A stretch of DNA of 63,333 bases, filler included, from Octopus bimaculoides (GCF_001194135.2; 8 parts of 6 records of this genome joined end to end with filler, not necessarily neighbours in it), one strand, 5' to 3'. Counted from the whole stretch's first letter, positions 40,348-54,549 are shown. Notes: generated by a model not told the origin, from the letters alone. Program-made: numbers and translations.

Positions 40348-40658
40348 CATCCAAATCCCCTCACAAGACTTCGGTTAGTCTAGGGCTATAATAGAAGACA
40401 TTTTCCCAAGATGCCATGCAGTGGGATTGAACCTGAAACCATGTGGTTGAGAAACTTCTTACCAATCAACCATGTCTGCATGTATTTATATATCACTTGT
40501 AGGCACAGGCGTGGATGTGTGGTAAGAAGTTTGTTTCCCAACCAAATGGTCGGGTTCAGTCCCACTATGTGAACCTTGGGTATGTATCTTCTACTATAGC
40601 CTCAGGCTGACCAAAGTCTTATAAGTGGATTTTGTAGATGGAAACTGAAAAGAAGCCC
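40348..40658. mobile_element. Two family A SINE heads in inverted (head-to-head) orientation
   Basis: 40348-40478 (-) and 40501-40658 (+) are reverse-complement homologues. Confidence 0.8.
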
Positions 40659-41373
40659 ATTGTATATATATATATATAATCAAAATAATTAATAGGATAT
40701 AAAGTAGTAATGCAGTACGACTGTTTCAGGTGGTTCCCTTTAATTGAACAATGCAATTATTACATCACTCTAAATCCTGCACAATCTTCAGCTGCACAAA
40801 TATGGATCTTCAACAGACAAAATATATTAATATAATTTTTCTTAAATATTTTAACAGAGTAAGAGGAAAAATTTCATGTCACTATTGTAGCTAGAATTGT
40901 TACGAGAAGAACAGAAACTACAATTTTTAGAGTGGTATGGAACACAGTGGGGGGTCATAGGGTTGTAATTCATTTCCAATTTATCTATCTTCTTATCAGC
41001 AAAATCTAAGACTAAAAGACTGTGTATATTTAGAATAAAGAGCAAAGTGAGTTGACAGCTCATAAGCTGGCTGTTGGTCATAAATTTCCTCCTATCACAG
41101 GTTCCCCACAACCCACAAGAAAAAGAAACAAAACTTTAGAAAGAGTCAATTACATAATAGCAAATGTCTATAAAAGAGGTAGGGTAGGGGTGACATTAAT
41201 TTCCCTTGAAATGGTCGTACTGCATTACTACTGGTTATCCTGTTGCTTATTTTGATTTTATTCATCTTACTTCAAGCTGTGCGGATAATACCGGACTGAT
41301 TTGGTGCTTCAACTTAAGTACCTAATTCAACTGAATCTTAATCTTGTCAACCATACTTACACAATGCTTCTGG

Positions 41374-41408
<35 letters not shown>

Positions 41409-41957
41409 ATGTTTGTGTGTCTGTGTTTGTCCCTCCACCATTGCTTGACAACTGATGTTAGTGTGTTTACGTCCCCGTAACTTAACAGTTTGACAAAAGA
41501 GAGAGACGGAAGAAGTACTAGGCTTACAAAGAATAAGTCCTTGGGTCAATTTGTTCAACTAAAAGTGGTGCTCCAACATGACCATTGTCAAATGACTGAA
41601 ACAAGTGAAAGAATAAAAGAATATATATATATATAGTATGTAATTATATGTACTATAGTACTTTTGTATACTGTATATATTCATATTTCAAATCTTCATC
41701 AACATCATCACCATTTAATATCTGTTTTCTATGCTGGCATGGGTTGGATAGTTTGACAGAAGCTAGGGAGTTAGAGGACTGTGCTAAGTGTCAACATCTG
41801 TTTTGGCCTGGCTTCTATGGTTGGATGCCCTTCTTAATGTCAACCACTCTACAGAGTGTACTAAATACATTTTACATGCCATGGCCACCAATAACTCACA
41901 GGACAAAACTCCTCAACTAAGAAATGTAAAATTGAGAAATGTGGTTTTGTGCTTGAT

Positions 41958-42280
41958 CAGTGGTTCTCAGCCTGGGTCCATGAGACCTCTGGTGGTCCAT
42001 ATAAGATTTTGGGGGATCCACACAAGCAAAATAGTAGTATTTTAAAGGTTCATAAAAAAAATTTCCCTTTAAATGTATCTATTGCAAGAAACATCTAGGT
42101 TTCTTTCTCTAATGTTTTACATAGTTTAACATATTTACAGCCACTGAAACTTGTTCTCATAGTGAGCACTATTGTAAACCAACACAAATGAATAAGTGAA
42201 ACAAAAAAAAAAAAGGAATTTTGAAAGCAGTTTTTAGGTATCGAATCACTATGAGGGCCCACCAGAATAAAATTGTAATC
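41958..42280 (+). mobile_element. hAT (Charlie-like) non-autonomous element, 5' part
   Basis: Begins CAGTGGTTCTCAGCCTGGG, a Charlie-type TIR; matching 3' TIR not found. Confidence 0.45.
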
Positions 42281-43010
42281 GATTTGAACTCAGAGTTCAG
42301 AGTGTCTGGCATTTTTTCCAATGTTCTAATAATTCTGCCAAAAACAAATAAATAAATACATAAATAAATAAGAAAAGCAACAGAATTAAATTCTTTATAT
42401 TAATTTTAATGTCAAAACCATTATTTTCTGTAGCTTTGAAAGTTTTTTTCTATAGCGAATCTGCCCGAGCAGTGGCATCTACTGAAGATTAACATGGAAG
42501 GTGCATGCATGGCTGAAGAATTCCTTTAAGTTGAAGCAGTGAACTTACCAAATTTTGCTTTTGTTTTTGTTGTCTTCATATGTTACCTTAGGGTCATTTG
42601 TCATTTTTTTCTACTTTCCTAAGAATATTTTAAAGTAATTTCCATTAACTTTCAGCCAATCAGACACTGAACAGAAAGTGGATTGCTGTCATAACATTTA
42701 TGACATTTACGTGTGTGTGTGTGTGTGATATCGGCTGTTTTTTACTTGTGTGAGTCATTGGACTGTAGCCATGTCGGGGCACCACCTTAAAGGGTTGAGT
42801 TGAACAAATTGCCTCCAGTACTGTTTTCTTTATAATCTGTTACCCATTTTATTGGATGCTTTTGCTGAACTGCTAAGTTATGGGGTTGTGAATAAATTAA
42901 CTCTTGTTGATAAGTGGTGAGAAAGACAAACACAAAGACACATACATGAACACACTCACATATGCACACACACACACACACACATACACAGACACACACA
43001 CACATGTATA

Positions 43011-43395
43011 TCTCTTTTACTTGTTTCAGTCATTTGACTGTGGCCATGCTGGAGCACTGCCCTTAGTCTAGCAAACCGACCCCAGGACTTATTCTTTGGA
43101 AGCCTAGTACTTATTCTATCGGTCTCTTTTGCTGAACTGCTAAGTTATGGGGATGTAAACACACCAGCATCGGTTGTCAAGTGATGGTGGGGGGACAAAT
43201 ACAGACACACAAACATATACACACACACATATATATATATACACATATACGACGAGCTTCTTTCAGTTTCCGTCTACCAAATCCACTCACAAGGCTTTGG
43301 TCGGCCCGAGGCTATAGTAGAAGACACTTGCCCAAGATGCCACGCAGTGGGACTGAACCCAGAACCATGTGGTTGGTAAGCAAGCTACTGGCTTC
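43011..43395 (-). mobile_element. SINE family A, near-consensus full-length copy
   Basis: Contains the tRNA-like head and the 3' domain; high identity to 49545-49825 (+) and 56455-56750 (-). Confidence 0.9.
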
Positions 43396-43646
43396 CACAC
43401 AGTTTCTGTCTACAAAATTCACTCACAAAGCTGGGATGTAGTAGTAGACAGTAACCAAAAGTACCATGCTGTGGGACTGAATCCAAAACCATGTGGATGC
43501 AAAATGAGATTTGTAACCACACAACCCTGCCTGCACCTATATATATNNNNNNNNNNNNNNNNNNNNNNNNNNNNNNNNNNNNNNNNNNNNTTAATTAATT
43601 AANNNNNNNNNNNNNNNNNNNNNNNNNNNNNNNNNNNNNNNNNNNN

Positions 43647-43702
<56 letters not shown>

Positions 43703-44138
43703 GAATAAATAATAATAAATAACAACAACAGTTATTATAATAGCAACAACAAGTATTATAATAGTAGGAACGTTACAATATTTCAAGTCAAATTCCCTAA
43801 ACAAACAGAAAGAGCGAAGTCAAAGATTACATTCAGACTGGAAATATTCCTTGAGGGCGCTCTCTCTTCATTTCCAACCCAATATCATAGAAATTGAACT
43901 GTGACAATATGAGGATCTAGTAGATAAATATTCTTTCACCATTTTTCTTATTTCTTTCTTGCATTGTAATGCATTTTCTTTTTTTTTTCTAAAGAGAATA
44001 TTTCTTTAAGACAAATATATTTGACACGGGAGTAGAATGTATTGTAAAAATGATATTTCATTAGTGCTAGAATTCTTTTTATTAAAATGAAAAAATGAAA
44101 AGACATTTGTTAAAATTTCGCTGTATGCAGAGAACAAC

Positions 44139-44169
<31 letters not shown>

Positions 44170-44739
44170 GAGAGAGAAAGAGAGAGAGAGATAGAGAGAG
44201 AGAGAAAGAGAGAGAGAAGAGGAAAGAGAGAGATGGAAAGAAATATGGTAAACGTTGAGCTTTAGTTTCAAATTATATGAACTTTGTGTGACGAGCGACG
44301 CAGAGTCAAAGTAACCTTGAGCTAATGATAGGGCCTTTACGTTTTCGCTCGATTCATGTTAAATTTAGCCGGTGACTTTTCGTCGAAGTTCACGCCTTAC
44401 TTTTTAAAAATAGAAAGCCTGCATTGGATTATTATAGTTCAGCAAACACTGTGTCTGTGAAAAAGCATCCTTAATGACCATCCTTAATGGAACGCGTTTG
44501 ATCATACTGTTGTCGGTAAGGGCTGCCCTTTTACTTTTCATTACTTACAGAAATAAACAAGAGTAACATACACGATATTTTATAAAGCTTTTCGAGGGTA
44601 GACAGCAAGAAAAGATATTACACAAAATATCACCCATCTGAAACCGATATTGTTTTAATATTCCAACAGGTATGGCAGTGCTGTTAAGAATCATCCTTCC
44701 CACACACATGCTTTCGGCTTCCGTCCTACAGAATAGCCT

Positions 44740-45094
44740 GTGGGGGTGAAGGTGTTAGTAGAACAAATCGACCGCAGGACTTATTTTTTAAAGCCGAGTG
44801 CTTGCTCTGTCAGTGCTTTTGATGAACCATTAAATTACGGGTACGTAAACACACCAACACTGGTTTTCAAGCGGTGATGGGGGAACAAACGCAAACACTA
44901 TGACACATACACACACGCAAATACATTCGACGGGCTTCCTTCAGTTTCCGTCTACCAAATCCACTCACAAGACTTTGGTCGGCACAGAGCTACAGTAGAA
45001 GACAAGTGCCCATGCTGTCATGCCACGTAGTGGGACTGAGTGTGGAACCATGTGGTTGGGAAGCAAGCTTCTTACCACCCACCCATTCCTGTGC

Positions 45095-45152
<58 letters not shown>

Positions 45153-45193
45153 GTATAGGCGTGGCGGTGTGGTAAGAAGCTTAACCATAAAAG

Positions 45194-45279
<86 letters not shown>

Positions 45280-45570
45280 ATGTTTGTGTGTGTACACACG
45301 CACACACATATATATATATACAAACACACACAAACATATATGTATGTATGTATTTGTGTGTACGTGCGTGTGCTTTTGTGTTTCTTCCCTACCCTCCTCT
45401 TAATAACTAATATTGGTTTGTTTACGTCCCCACAACTTAGAAGTTCCGTAACAGAGACTGATAGTATAAGTACTAGATTTGAAAGATTAGTACTGGGAAC
45501 GATATTTTCTACTAAAAATGTTCAAGGCGGTGCCTCAGCATAGCCGCAGTTCAGTGACTGAAGCAAGGAA
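44740..45570. mobile_element. Two family A SINEs: 44740-45085 (-) and 45155-45570 (+, expanded microsatellite)
   Basis: Family A motifs on both strands around an (ATCT)n tract. Confidence 0.7.
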
Positions 45571-46022
45571 AAGACAAAAAAAAAAAAGGGAAAAGATGTA
45601 ATAAATAAAAAAATAAAAGGTATAAAAAGTAAAAAAAAAAAGTTCATTTTATATCTTTTGAAGATTAGAGTAAAGCAGTAGCTTCCAGTTTTAGTTGGAA
45701 GGAAATAGACGTAATTTTTGAGTGAATAGTTTATTTCAACTTTTGATGTGCTGAGCAAACGGTCAAGCCTCTATGCAGCAGTCTACCTCACACAGCAACC
45801 CTTGACTTAATTCAATAATGCCTATTGAGACGAATTGTTGTTGGTTTACATATTGCTCTTGCATGGCAATAAAAAAATGCCGACAAACTCGAAAGCATCG
45901 ATGATCTCTAAGGAATTTTAAAGTTAGAAGAATATGTTATTGCATGCAACCAGTTATAATATCTAGCAACTGTTACAAAATTGCCATTTAAATAACACAC
46001 ATACACACAGACAGACACGCAT

Positions 46023-46078
<56 letters not shown>

Positions 46079-47660
46079 NNNNNNNNNNTCTCTCTCTCTC
46101 TCTCTCTCTCTCACACATATACACACCACATACGCTCATAAAGTATATATAATATTTTAAGATCAAAGTGTATTAGAACATATAAGATAAATTTATTTTA
46201 GTTAGCTTATAACTGTATACCTATGGTGAATATAAATATATATTGTTATTCTCCTAACGCCTGGAAAAATATGGAGATTATCCTGAAATGCTTCATAGAT
46301 GGTTGGTTGTTACACAGAGGGTAAACACACTTCGTCCTTCTATTTTCGAAGAGAAACTGATAGCAATCGCTATTTAAATCAGGTATAAACTAGAAACTGG
46401 CTACAATGAAGCTATATAAAAACGCCAAGCTAATTTGCATCGTCATGTATTACTCAGCGGTATGATTAAAGATTTAATGAATATATTATGTACTCACGTT
46501 TGAAAATATAATTAGATAAATTACCTGATAATTATTTAATTAGAAAATTAGAAAATATAAAACAAAATTAATGTGGTTATATTACACTTAACCTTCTCTT
46601 TATATCACCTACGCTGCGCAAGCTAAACAAGTATAAATGCATCATGTTATTCTACTAACAACACAAATAAATGTATCGCATAGTCACAATATGCTCTCTC
46701 ACAGTTTCTGTCTACTAAATTTATTCACAAGTCAGTGGTCAGGATCGCTCTATACGAAAAGACACTCACTCCTGATGCTGCGCAGTGGAACTGAACCCGA
46801 AACCACACTGTTGCAAAGGGACGCTCTCAACCATACATCCATGGCTGCACCTACAAGATTTGTCTGGTCTAATAAGCTGTCGTCACTATACTTGTCAAAG
46901 AAAGAGAGGAGTGAAACGACAGAGGCTGGAGTGAGTTGTCGAGTGATTTAATCTCAATCAGATGAGTCGAGGTCCCTATGCACAGCCGCAGCACTGTCTC
47001 AGACATTTGGGAACTGTAGTCCATTGAGGAACTCTATAAAGTAAAAAAAATTGTTGAGAGCTGGAGCATTTTGTGGATGTAAGAAAAAAGACTGGTGTTT
47101 AGGAAGCTGATTTTTCGAGTTGGAAATGTGAGATCTCTACCAAAAAATCCCAGTGGAATAGAGAAACTTTACGCTTCTAGCGGCTTCAGATGTTCTAATC
47201 ACACTTTGTGTATATTTAGGCCAAGTTAAGAAGCTATAGTTTTCTTGATATGTTTAGCGATTGTGAATTTGTACTATTGATGAAGATAAGATCGGCGCTG
47301 CCAAATTGACAGTTTATATGAAATATAACATCAAAATATTCATAGACGAAAAACAAATGTTTTGAGGTTACAGGTCAATGTTCAGCCATAAGGCAAGTCT
47401 TTCGAAATTTGACCCAAATAACCAATTTATCATGAAATTGTTTGAGGGAAAAACAAAATAGTTGGCTTTACCGTTTGTATGCAAAATAACATTATACCTG
47501 TACACAGCGAACACTTACACATACTTTCCTCGTATGTTGATACATTCATGCATGCATACATACACGCATACACACATAAACAAACGCGCACACACATATA
47601 TTCATATTTATATATATGTATCTGTGTGTGTGCGTTGGCTTATATCAGTATAAATGTGCA

Positions 47661-47691
<31 letters not shown>

Positions 47692-48986
47692 ATATGTATA
47701 TATGTATATATATATATATATATATATANNNNNNNNNNNNNNNNNNNNNNNNNNNNNNNNNNNNNNNNNNNNNNNNNNNNNNNNNNNNNNNNNNNNNNNN
47801 NNNNNNNNNNNNNNNNNNNNNNNNNNNNNNNNNNNNNNNNNNNNNNNNNNNNNNNNNNNNNNNNNNNNNNNNNNNNNNNNNNNNNNNNNNNNNNNNNNNN
47901 NNNNNNNNNNNNNNNNNNNNNNNNNNNNNNNNNNNNNNNNNNNNNNNNNNNNNNNNNNNNNNNNNNNNNNNNNNNNNNNNNNNNNNNNNNNNNNNNNNNN
48001 NNNNNNNNNNNNNNNNNNNNNNNNNNNNNNNNNNNNNNNTATATATATATATACATATAAGTATATATACACAGACACACACACATGCACACACACATAT
48101 AGTAGAATAATAAAAAGTAAGTACTTGGTACAATATATTTAACAAAAAGATGAGTAGCATTTGTGAGGATAATTTTTTATTTTAATCTTAATAATAATGT
48201 TCGCAGTTTTGCAGTATATATATGTTAGATTTTGGGGGTTCTCGCCCCTTCATTAGCACCCATCTCACCCCGAAATATGGCATATAACACAGTGTAAACA
48301 TTATCATTAGGATTAAAATAAGAAATTATCCCCCACTAAATCCATCTCTACTCATTTTTTCATATATATATACATATACATTCATACATTTCTCTTCTGC
48401 TCTAGGCTCAAGGCCCGAAATTTTGGGGGAGGGAGCCACTCGTTTGGATCGACCCCATTATGCAACTGGCACTTAATTTATCGACCCTGTCGAGAGTCCT
48501 AGGTGGACTTACCGCGCGGGAAGAGGTGCAAATGAGGGTAGCTACATCAAACTCCTTTATTCACCAAATGCCACATATTAGAGATGGCTCTCAATAATAA
48601 CAGTGTAACAAAACGACGGTGCCCCAGCATGGCCGAAGCTCTGAGCTGAAACTACAATATATACATATATGTGTGTGTGCAAATCGGCATCGCTGTCCAT
48701 CCGTCAGTATATAGTATGCTTGCTTGATGTGCCTGTTTGTATGTACGAGTAAATGTGTGTGTCTGAGTGAATTTCTCTATAAAAAGAACAGTAATTGTAC
48801 ACAGTAGTAAAAGATATTTAAAAGAAATTAAAATATGCATTCATTACGGTGACTACAATACTTTCGCATTAAGTTCTCAAATATCTCCTACTGTTCTTTC
48901 AGTAAAATATTGCACTTTAGCATCCAGACTGACTCTGAGAACTTGTAAACATCTTGCTCTACTAACCTCAACCTCTCTCTCTTCTA

Positions 48987-49019
<33 letters not shown>

Positions 49020-49064
49020 CACGAACGTAGGAGATGAACATAAGAGGTGTTGGTGGTCGGTAGT

Positions 49065-49444
49065 CAATGTTAATTCTCTATATGAAGTATTAACAGTAAC
49101 TGCACGATAAAGTGTAGTATATTGCCACTTAAGTGTGGCTGACCCCTAGGGGTGGATGTTACTGTTGCTTTTAGCCCCAGGAGGACATCTCCTCCAGCTG
49201 GCTTATCGACACACGACTGTGTCCTGTTTGCCAAGGGAGTTATCCCTCTCACCTCGACCAGCAGCACGAACGTATCCGGATTTCAGGGTTATTTCCCTTC
49301 GTCGGCGTTCGACAGCTGATGACCTTGGTGAGAGAGACAAATCTGGCAAACCTTATATCTTCTTTTCCAGTGACATTCTTCACTGATATTGAAAAGGTGA
49401 AAACAAGCAATGTTAATTCTCTATATGAAGTATTAACAGTAACT
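49065..49444. repeat. 343-bp-period unit bounded by a perfect 37-bp direct repeat
   Basis: caatgttaattctctatatgaagtattaacagtaact at 49065-49101 and 49408-49444; the second copy abuts a gap. Confidence 0.85.
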
Positions 49445-49544
49445 NNNNNNNNNNNNNNNNNNNNNNNNNNNNNNNNNNNNNNNNNNNNTTAATTAATTAA
49501 NNNNNNNNNNNNNNNNNNNNNNNNNNNNNNNNNNNNNNNNNNNN

Positions 49545-49825
49545 GATTTGGTAGACGGAAACTGAAAGAAGCCTGTCGTATATATGTATATATATATATG
49601 TGTGTGTGTGTATGTGTTTGTATGTCTGTGTTTGTCCCCCAACATCGCTTGACAACCGATGCTGGTGTGTTCATGTCCCCGTAACTTAGCGGTTCGGCAA
49701 AAGAGATCGATAGAATAAGTACTAGGTTTCCAAAGAATAAGTCCTGGGGTCGATTTGCTCGACTAAAGGCGGTGCTCCAGCATGGCCACAGTCAAAAGAC
49801 TGAAACAAGTAAAAGAGTAAAAGAG
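49545..49825 (+). mobile_element. SINE family A, near-consensus 3' two-thirds
   Basis: gatttggtagacggaaactgaaagaagcc...ggtgctccagcatggccacagtcaaaagactgaaacaag. Confidence 0.9.
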
Positions 49826-49849
49826 TATATATATATATATATATATCTG

Positions 49850-51114
49850 CTAGCAAACGCACCCGTCCTTCGGACGGTTTAAGTTGCTTTGGTAATATTT
49901 TTTTTAACCAAATAATTGAACTACCGAGAAGGTTTATAAGTAGTACGGCAACCTATGTTTCAAATTAACATAGGAACAGAAAATCAAATTGAAGGCTGGT
50001 TATTGTGGTGGTCGTTGCACTTTAATGATCATAGAACATGTAAATTTGCAAGTGATGCAAAGTAGAGCTACTGAAGTGTTCTGGGAGTAGATTACGGATA
50101 ATGATTACCAAATATACTTGTTTTACATGAAAGCGTAATTTTTTGTCAGAAACAGCAACATAAATGGTGTAAGGAAATTGAAGGAAGACGTTGAAACTTC
50201 CCGTCTGCGAGTTTATTTTATTCAACAGCAAAGGGCGCCAGTTTTTCAGAGAGAAGTATGATTGGTACGTTCAAAAATGGCAATATGATACCTACTTGAA
50301 AAAGTGGAGTTAAAGGAATGTATTTGCTACATGCTTACTGTGTACGGCCACCCTGAAATTGACTTCAGGTAGCGAAAAACGAAGCCATGAAGAGTTTGAC
50401 TTCAGTTCACGAATATTGCTTTGGATGTTTAGCAGTTCGCAGTGAAAAGATGTCATGTTCGAAATATCATAATGGATGGGTAAATAAGCATCCTTAAAGT
50501 GAAACAATGCATTGGTAGGTATAGGTAAACAAAAGTATCAACAAACAGAAGAGAGGGAAGGAAACATCACCTTTCAAGTAACTCAGAATAGGTAAAGGTA
50601 AGCTTGCCAAAGTTTAATGCAGTTTAAATATGGAGATTAAGATTGTTTGGCATTGGATATTCATCACTTACAGCGTTCCTAGTCAATTTAATCACTGTCG
50701 CAGGTGGACATTCGAAATAACTAAATAGGCAAAATCCCTTCATTCACTTTTATAATATTCTCTAACCAAGCAATAACACGCAATTACAATATATCAATAA
50801 ATAATTTTAAAAAATGTGAAAACCACTAAAAATATTCTCTAATGCCAATATACGAATATATAGATTAAAAAAAGTATGGAAAACCCTACACCCCCCCACC
50901 AAAAAAAAACTATGTACATACAACGATTTAGAGAAAAACCTGTGTAAACCACCGTTTTTCCCGGTTTGTCCATTTACGCATGAGCTCAGAGCAAAATGTT
51001 ATAGTGCATGACCATCTTTGGGACACAAGTAATGTGTGTGTAAAGTTTGGTGAAAATCGGTTGAGAATTGTGGAAATGTATGCGTTAGTCAATATACACA
51101 CACATACTGTGATT

Positions 51115-51125
<11 letters not shown>
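49850..51125 (-). mobile_element. Non-autonomous Helitron (about 1.27 kb) with possible helicase remnant
   Basis: On the minus strand the 3' end is the hairpin CCGTCC-gaa-GGACGG (49863-49877) followed 9 nt later by CTAG (49850-49853). The 5' region carries a microsatellite plus caaccgattttcaccaaacttt, typical of animal Helitron 5' ends. Weak FQRL/QFP match near 50150-50210. Confidence 0.65.
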
Positions 51126-51146
<21 letters not shown>

Positions 51147-52657
51147 TGTATGCATGCATGCATATAGACACATATATATTAACAGAGTGATTAATTACAA
51201 CGTAAAATCCATCGTCAAAACAAAATGATGTAAATATAATTACAGATTGTTAAATGGTATTTCACTTAGAAAAAATTAGGACATCACTACTTACGTACAC
51301 CACGCCATCACTGCCACCGCCACCACCGCTAACATTAGAACGACGATGACCGCCACCACCTCCATTACCACCACTACTACCACTAGCACCGCCACCAACA
51401 GAAATAACAAGCGAAGTCGCGGCCTATTTTGTATTACATAATAACAGGTGAACCTTTACCAGAACAACAAACAACAGAAACAATCACCTGAATGCATTAG
51501 AATAACTCTAACAATCAGAACAATTCTTAAAGCAACTTTCCCAAAGCACTTAACGAGCGAAGACTGACAGTACAGGACAGTGAATACGTTTAAGTAAATG
51601 CATTCACAATGTATTGAATGCATTGTTTATAGATATTTCACCTGTTTGGTACTCATGTCGTTAAAGAGTCAACGAGGAAACTGCTACGTGGTCGCTTGCT
51701 TTGCAAGAAATAATAGTTTAATCGCCTTCAAATAACCTCTCGCCGTCTTGAAAAGGAGGGAGATTTCTGATAACGTGGTTCATCTGTGTATAGTCATGGT
51801 GGAAAGTGGAACGCCTTTGATCTTTTATAATGGGTCTGCTGTATCAGAGATGACCTGGGGCTAAATAACAGCACAGACCAATGGCAACAACCACACACAC
51901 ACACGCACATTGCTGAACGCAAGTTTTTCTAATCTGAAGAATATCACAAAGTATTCAACAAATAATTAAGCAATAATTTGAGATTTTTAGGGCTGCAACA
52001 TAACTCTACATGAGGGTCTTCAATCTACGTAACAGCGACCCCTTGACATTCTGAATATACAAGCGGGTGACAAATGTCAAAGTGGCCCTAATGAGGTCGT
52101 TAGGTGTTTTAAAATCGTAGCCGTTCTAAACGTAAGCATTGTACACCCGCCACAAAGTTGTGATTATATTCTAAATTGGACTTTGTATTACTAGTAAGCA
52201 GAAACCAGACTGGTGATGTACCAAAGTCCCATGTTCATAGTTTGCTTCGTTTAGATATAAACCACTATGGACTGAGTATTAATTATTAATATTTAATATA
52301 TTAAATGAATATCATTTATTGAAATTAAAGTGAAATATAAGAAATATGGAGCTTTTAGTTTTAATTCTTTCACAAATATTTTTCTGACGTGTTATATATG
52401 AATATAAGTACGTTTATTTATATTGATCCTCGCTGGTTAGTGTGGTTGTACTAAACTGGAAACAAACTTTGTGATGATTTGAGTAAAAGCAAGTGAATTT
52501 TGCGTACGATTTGAGGAAACAGCCCTGCATGAGTGCGTGTCTTTATTACTGGTTTGTGATCCTGTTACTAAAGAATTGCTAGAATCTGAGACAAAATTTT
52601 CATCGATTTAGAAAATTGAAAAAAATTTAAGGTAAAAATGTAATTCTAATAAACCAC

Positions 52658-53250
52658 TTGAGGAAAGGTCTTCTTTGAAATTTCTTGGTCTTACTTTCTG
52701 ACCTGATCTTTCTTGGGGTTCTTACATACACAATCAATTGATAGGTCTGCTTCCTGCAAGATTGGGTCATTGTGTAGGTCAAAGGACTACCTCACATTTC
52801 AGGCCATTTTGCATCTTTACAAGTCCACAATTCATCCTTGTATGGAATGTTATCATATTTGGACAGGTGCACCATCTTGTCACTTGTCTCTCCTCGATCG
52901 GGTTCAGGTATGAGTCTTTAATTTGATTGGTCCTTCTCCTGCTTCGGCTCTGCAATCTTTGTCACATCGACGTGACGTCACCAGTCTTAGTCTTTTCTAC
53001 CATTATTGCCAAGAGAAGTGTTCTGAAAAACTTTCTTTCTTAGTTCCAGATCACTTTGTGCCATCTCACCTAACTTGAAACTCACATCGCTTTCATCCAA
53101 ATGCTGTTGTACTTCCATGAACAAGGAAATCTTCCTCTGGTCGTAGCTGTTTTTCATGAATTGCCAGACTTCGGAATTCTCTTCCAACCCAGACCAGAAC
53201 TCTTATGACCAGAAGTCTTTCAAGTCTAAAGTAAATTCATTCTTTTCCTC
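52658..53250 (+). mobile_element. CR1/L2-group LINE 3' end
   Basis: SSLKFLGLTF..ASCKIGSLCRSKDYLT..LYKSTIHPCMEC..IWTGAP..LLDRVQ..LQSLSHRRDVTSLSLFYHY..FKSKVN. Confidence 0.85.
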
Positions 53251-54549
53251 TTAATTTCTCCCTTTTCTTAGTCCTTACACTTAGTGGCTTTTGAGCTTGT
53301 TTGAGACTTTCTAATAAATTTAAAATTCCAAACATTTTTGCTATCCGCTGTGTTATTCATTGACAACATTTAACTGTAAAACGTCTTCGTGATTAACTGA
53401 ATGAAGCTTTACAAGTTGTCATCGAAGCAATGAATAAGACTGAAGCTCGACCGCTAAATACGTGTATATTCTTTGTTGTTGTTGATATTGTGTAAATAAA
53501 TGTCATTATTGTTCCTTTCGCTTTAACAAGGGACATATTGTCTCCCTGCTGTTTAAATTTGAATAGTTCTGTCGTTAAAAATGTCAGAAAGGCAATCAAT
53601 AGTTGGTTGTAGCGTTGGTGGTTGCGGTTGTAGTACTCATTCTGGAAATGGTGATTGTGATAGTGATGTTGCATATAGAAGTAGTAGTAGTAGTAGTAGT
53701 AGTAGAGGTTATAATTGTAGTAGTAGTAGTATGTATGGTTACGGTAGTAGTGGTAGTGGGAGTAGCAGAGGTTCCAGCAGCAGTAGTAGTAGTTGTTGTT
53801 GTTGTATAAGTAGTAGAGGTTATACTAGCATTATTGGTGAGTGTGGTTGTGATAGCGATGGTGGTTGTTGTGGTGGTACATTTATTTATTTAATTCTTTG
53901 CTTAATCTGAAGGAAGGGTGATGCCGTTGTCCATAGAATTCATAGACCCTCCAAAGATCTTGGAAGCAGGACTGATCTTTAAATATTATTTCATCTACAA
54001 TTTAAAAAGAAATCAAGTAACTTCGCATTAATCTAGTTCGTGTGCAGGAACTAAACAAATTTCAGTTTGGCAAAGCTCCGCTTACACAACTAAAATATAT
54101 CGTTTGTTATCTAATATAATACATGCGAATGTCAGTGTCAACTTAACTCTTAGAAGCCGTAGTCCAACATATCCTACCATTTTGGAATCAGGCCGACTCT
54201 GTGAGGAAATTAAAAACTCTCCGGACCGAATCCGGACCCGCAGTCCTGAAATTTTGGATTCCCAAGTTTTCATTACTGCGATTGTTTTCGGTGATTTTTT
54301 TACGTGATTGTTAGAGATGAATTTTTTTGGACATAACAATTTTTATAACTTGGAAATAAATTTTGGAAATAATTGGAAATTAGTTGCGAAATCCAGCGAT
54401 TATTTTCGGCGATTTTTTTTACGTGATTTTTTGCGACGAATATGGTCATCATTGTGGTATGACTCTGGAGGAAGCAATTGCAACAAATTCTCCAAAACAA
54501 GTCAGAGATCTGTCTGCAGATCTTCCCATTCAGGGTCAGTAGCTTAAAA

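Noticed and set aside
41200-41255. HYYWLS as a candidate TM4 exon
   Set aside because: Lacks the IDK..R..FP..FN pattern and a suitable acceptor.
49314-49420. Possible hammerhead (CTGATGA...GAAA) in the 343-bp unit
   Set aside because: No stem I pairing and a misregistered stem II.
52063-52150. Imperfect 14-bp inverted repeat enclosing CTAATGA...TAAAC
   Set aside because: Two core hammerhead positions are wrong and the stems do not fit; may be chance.
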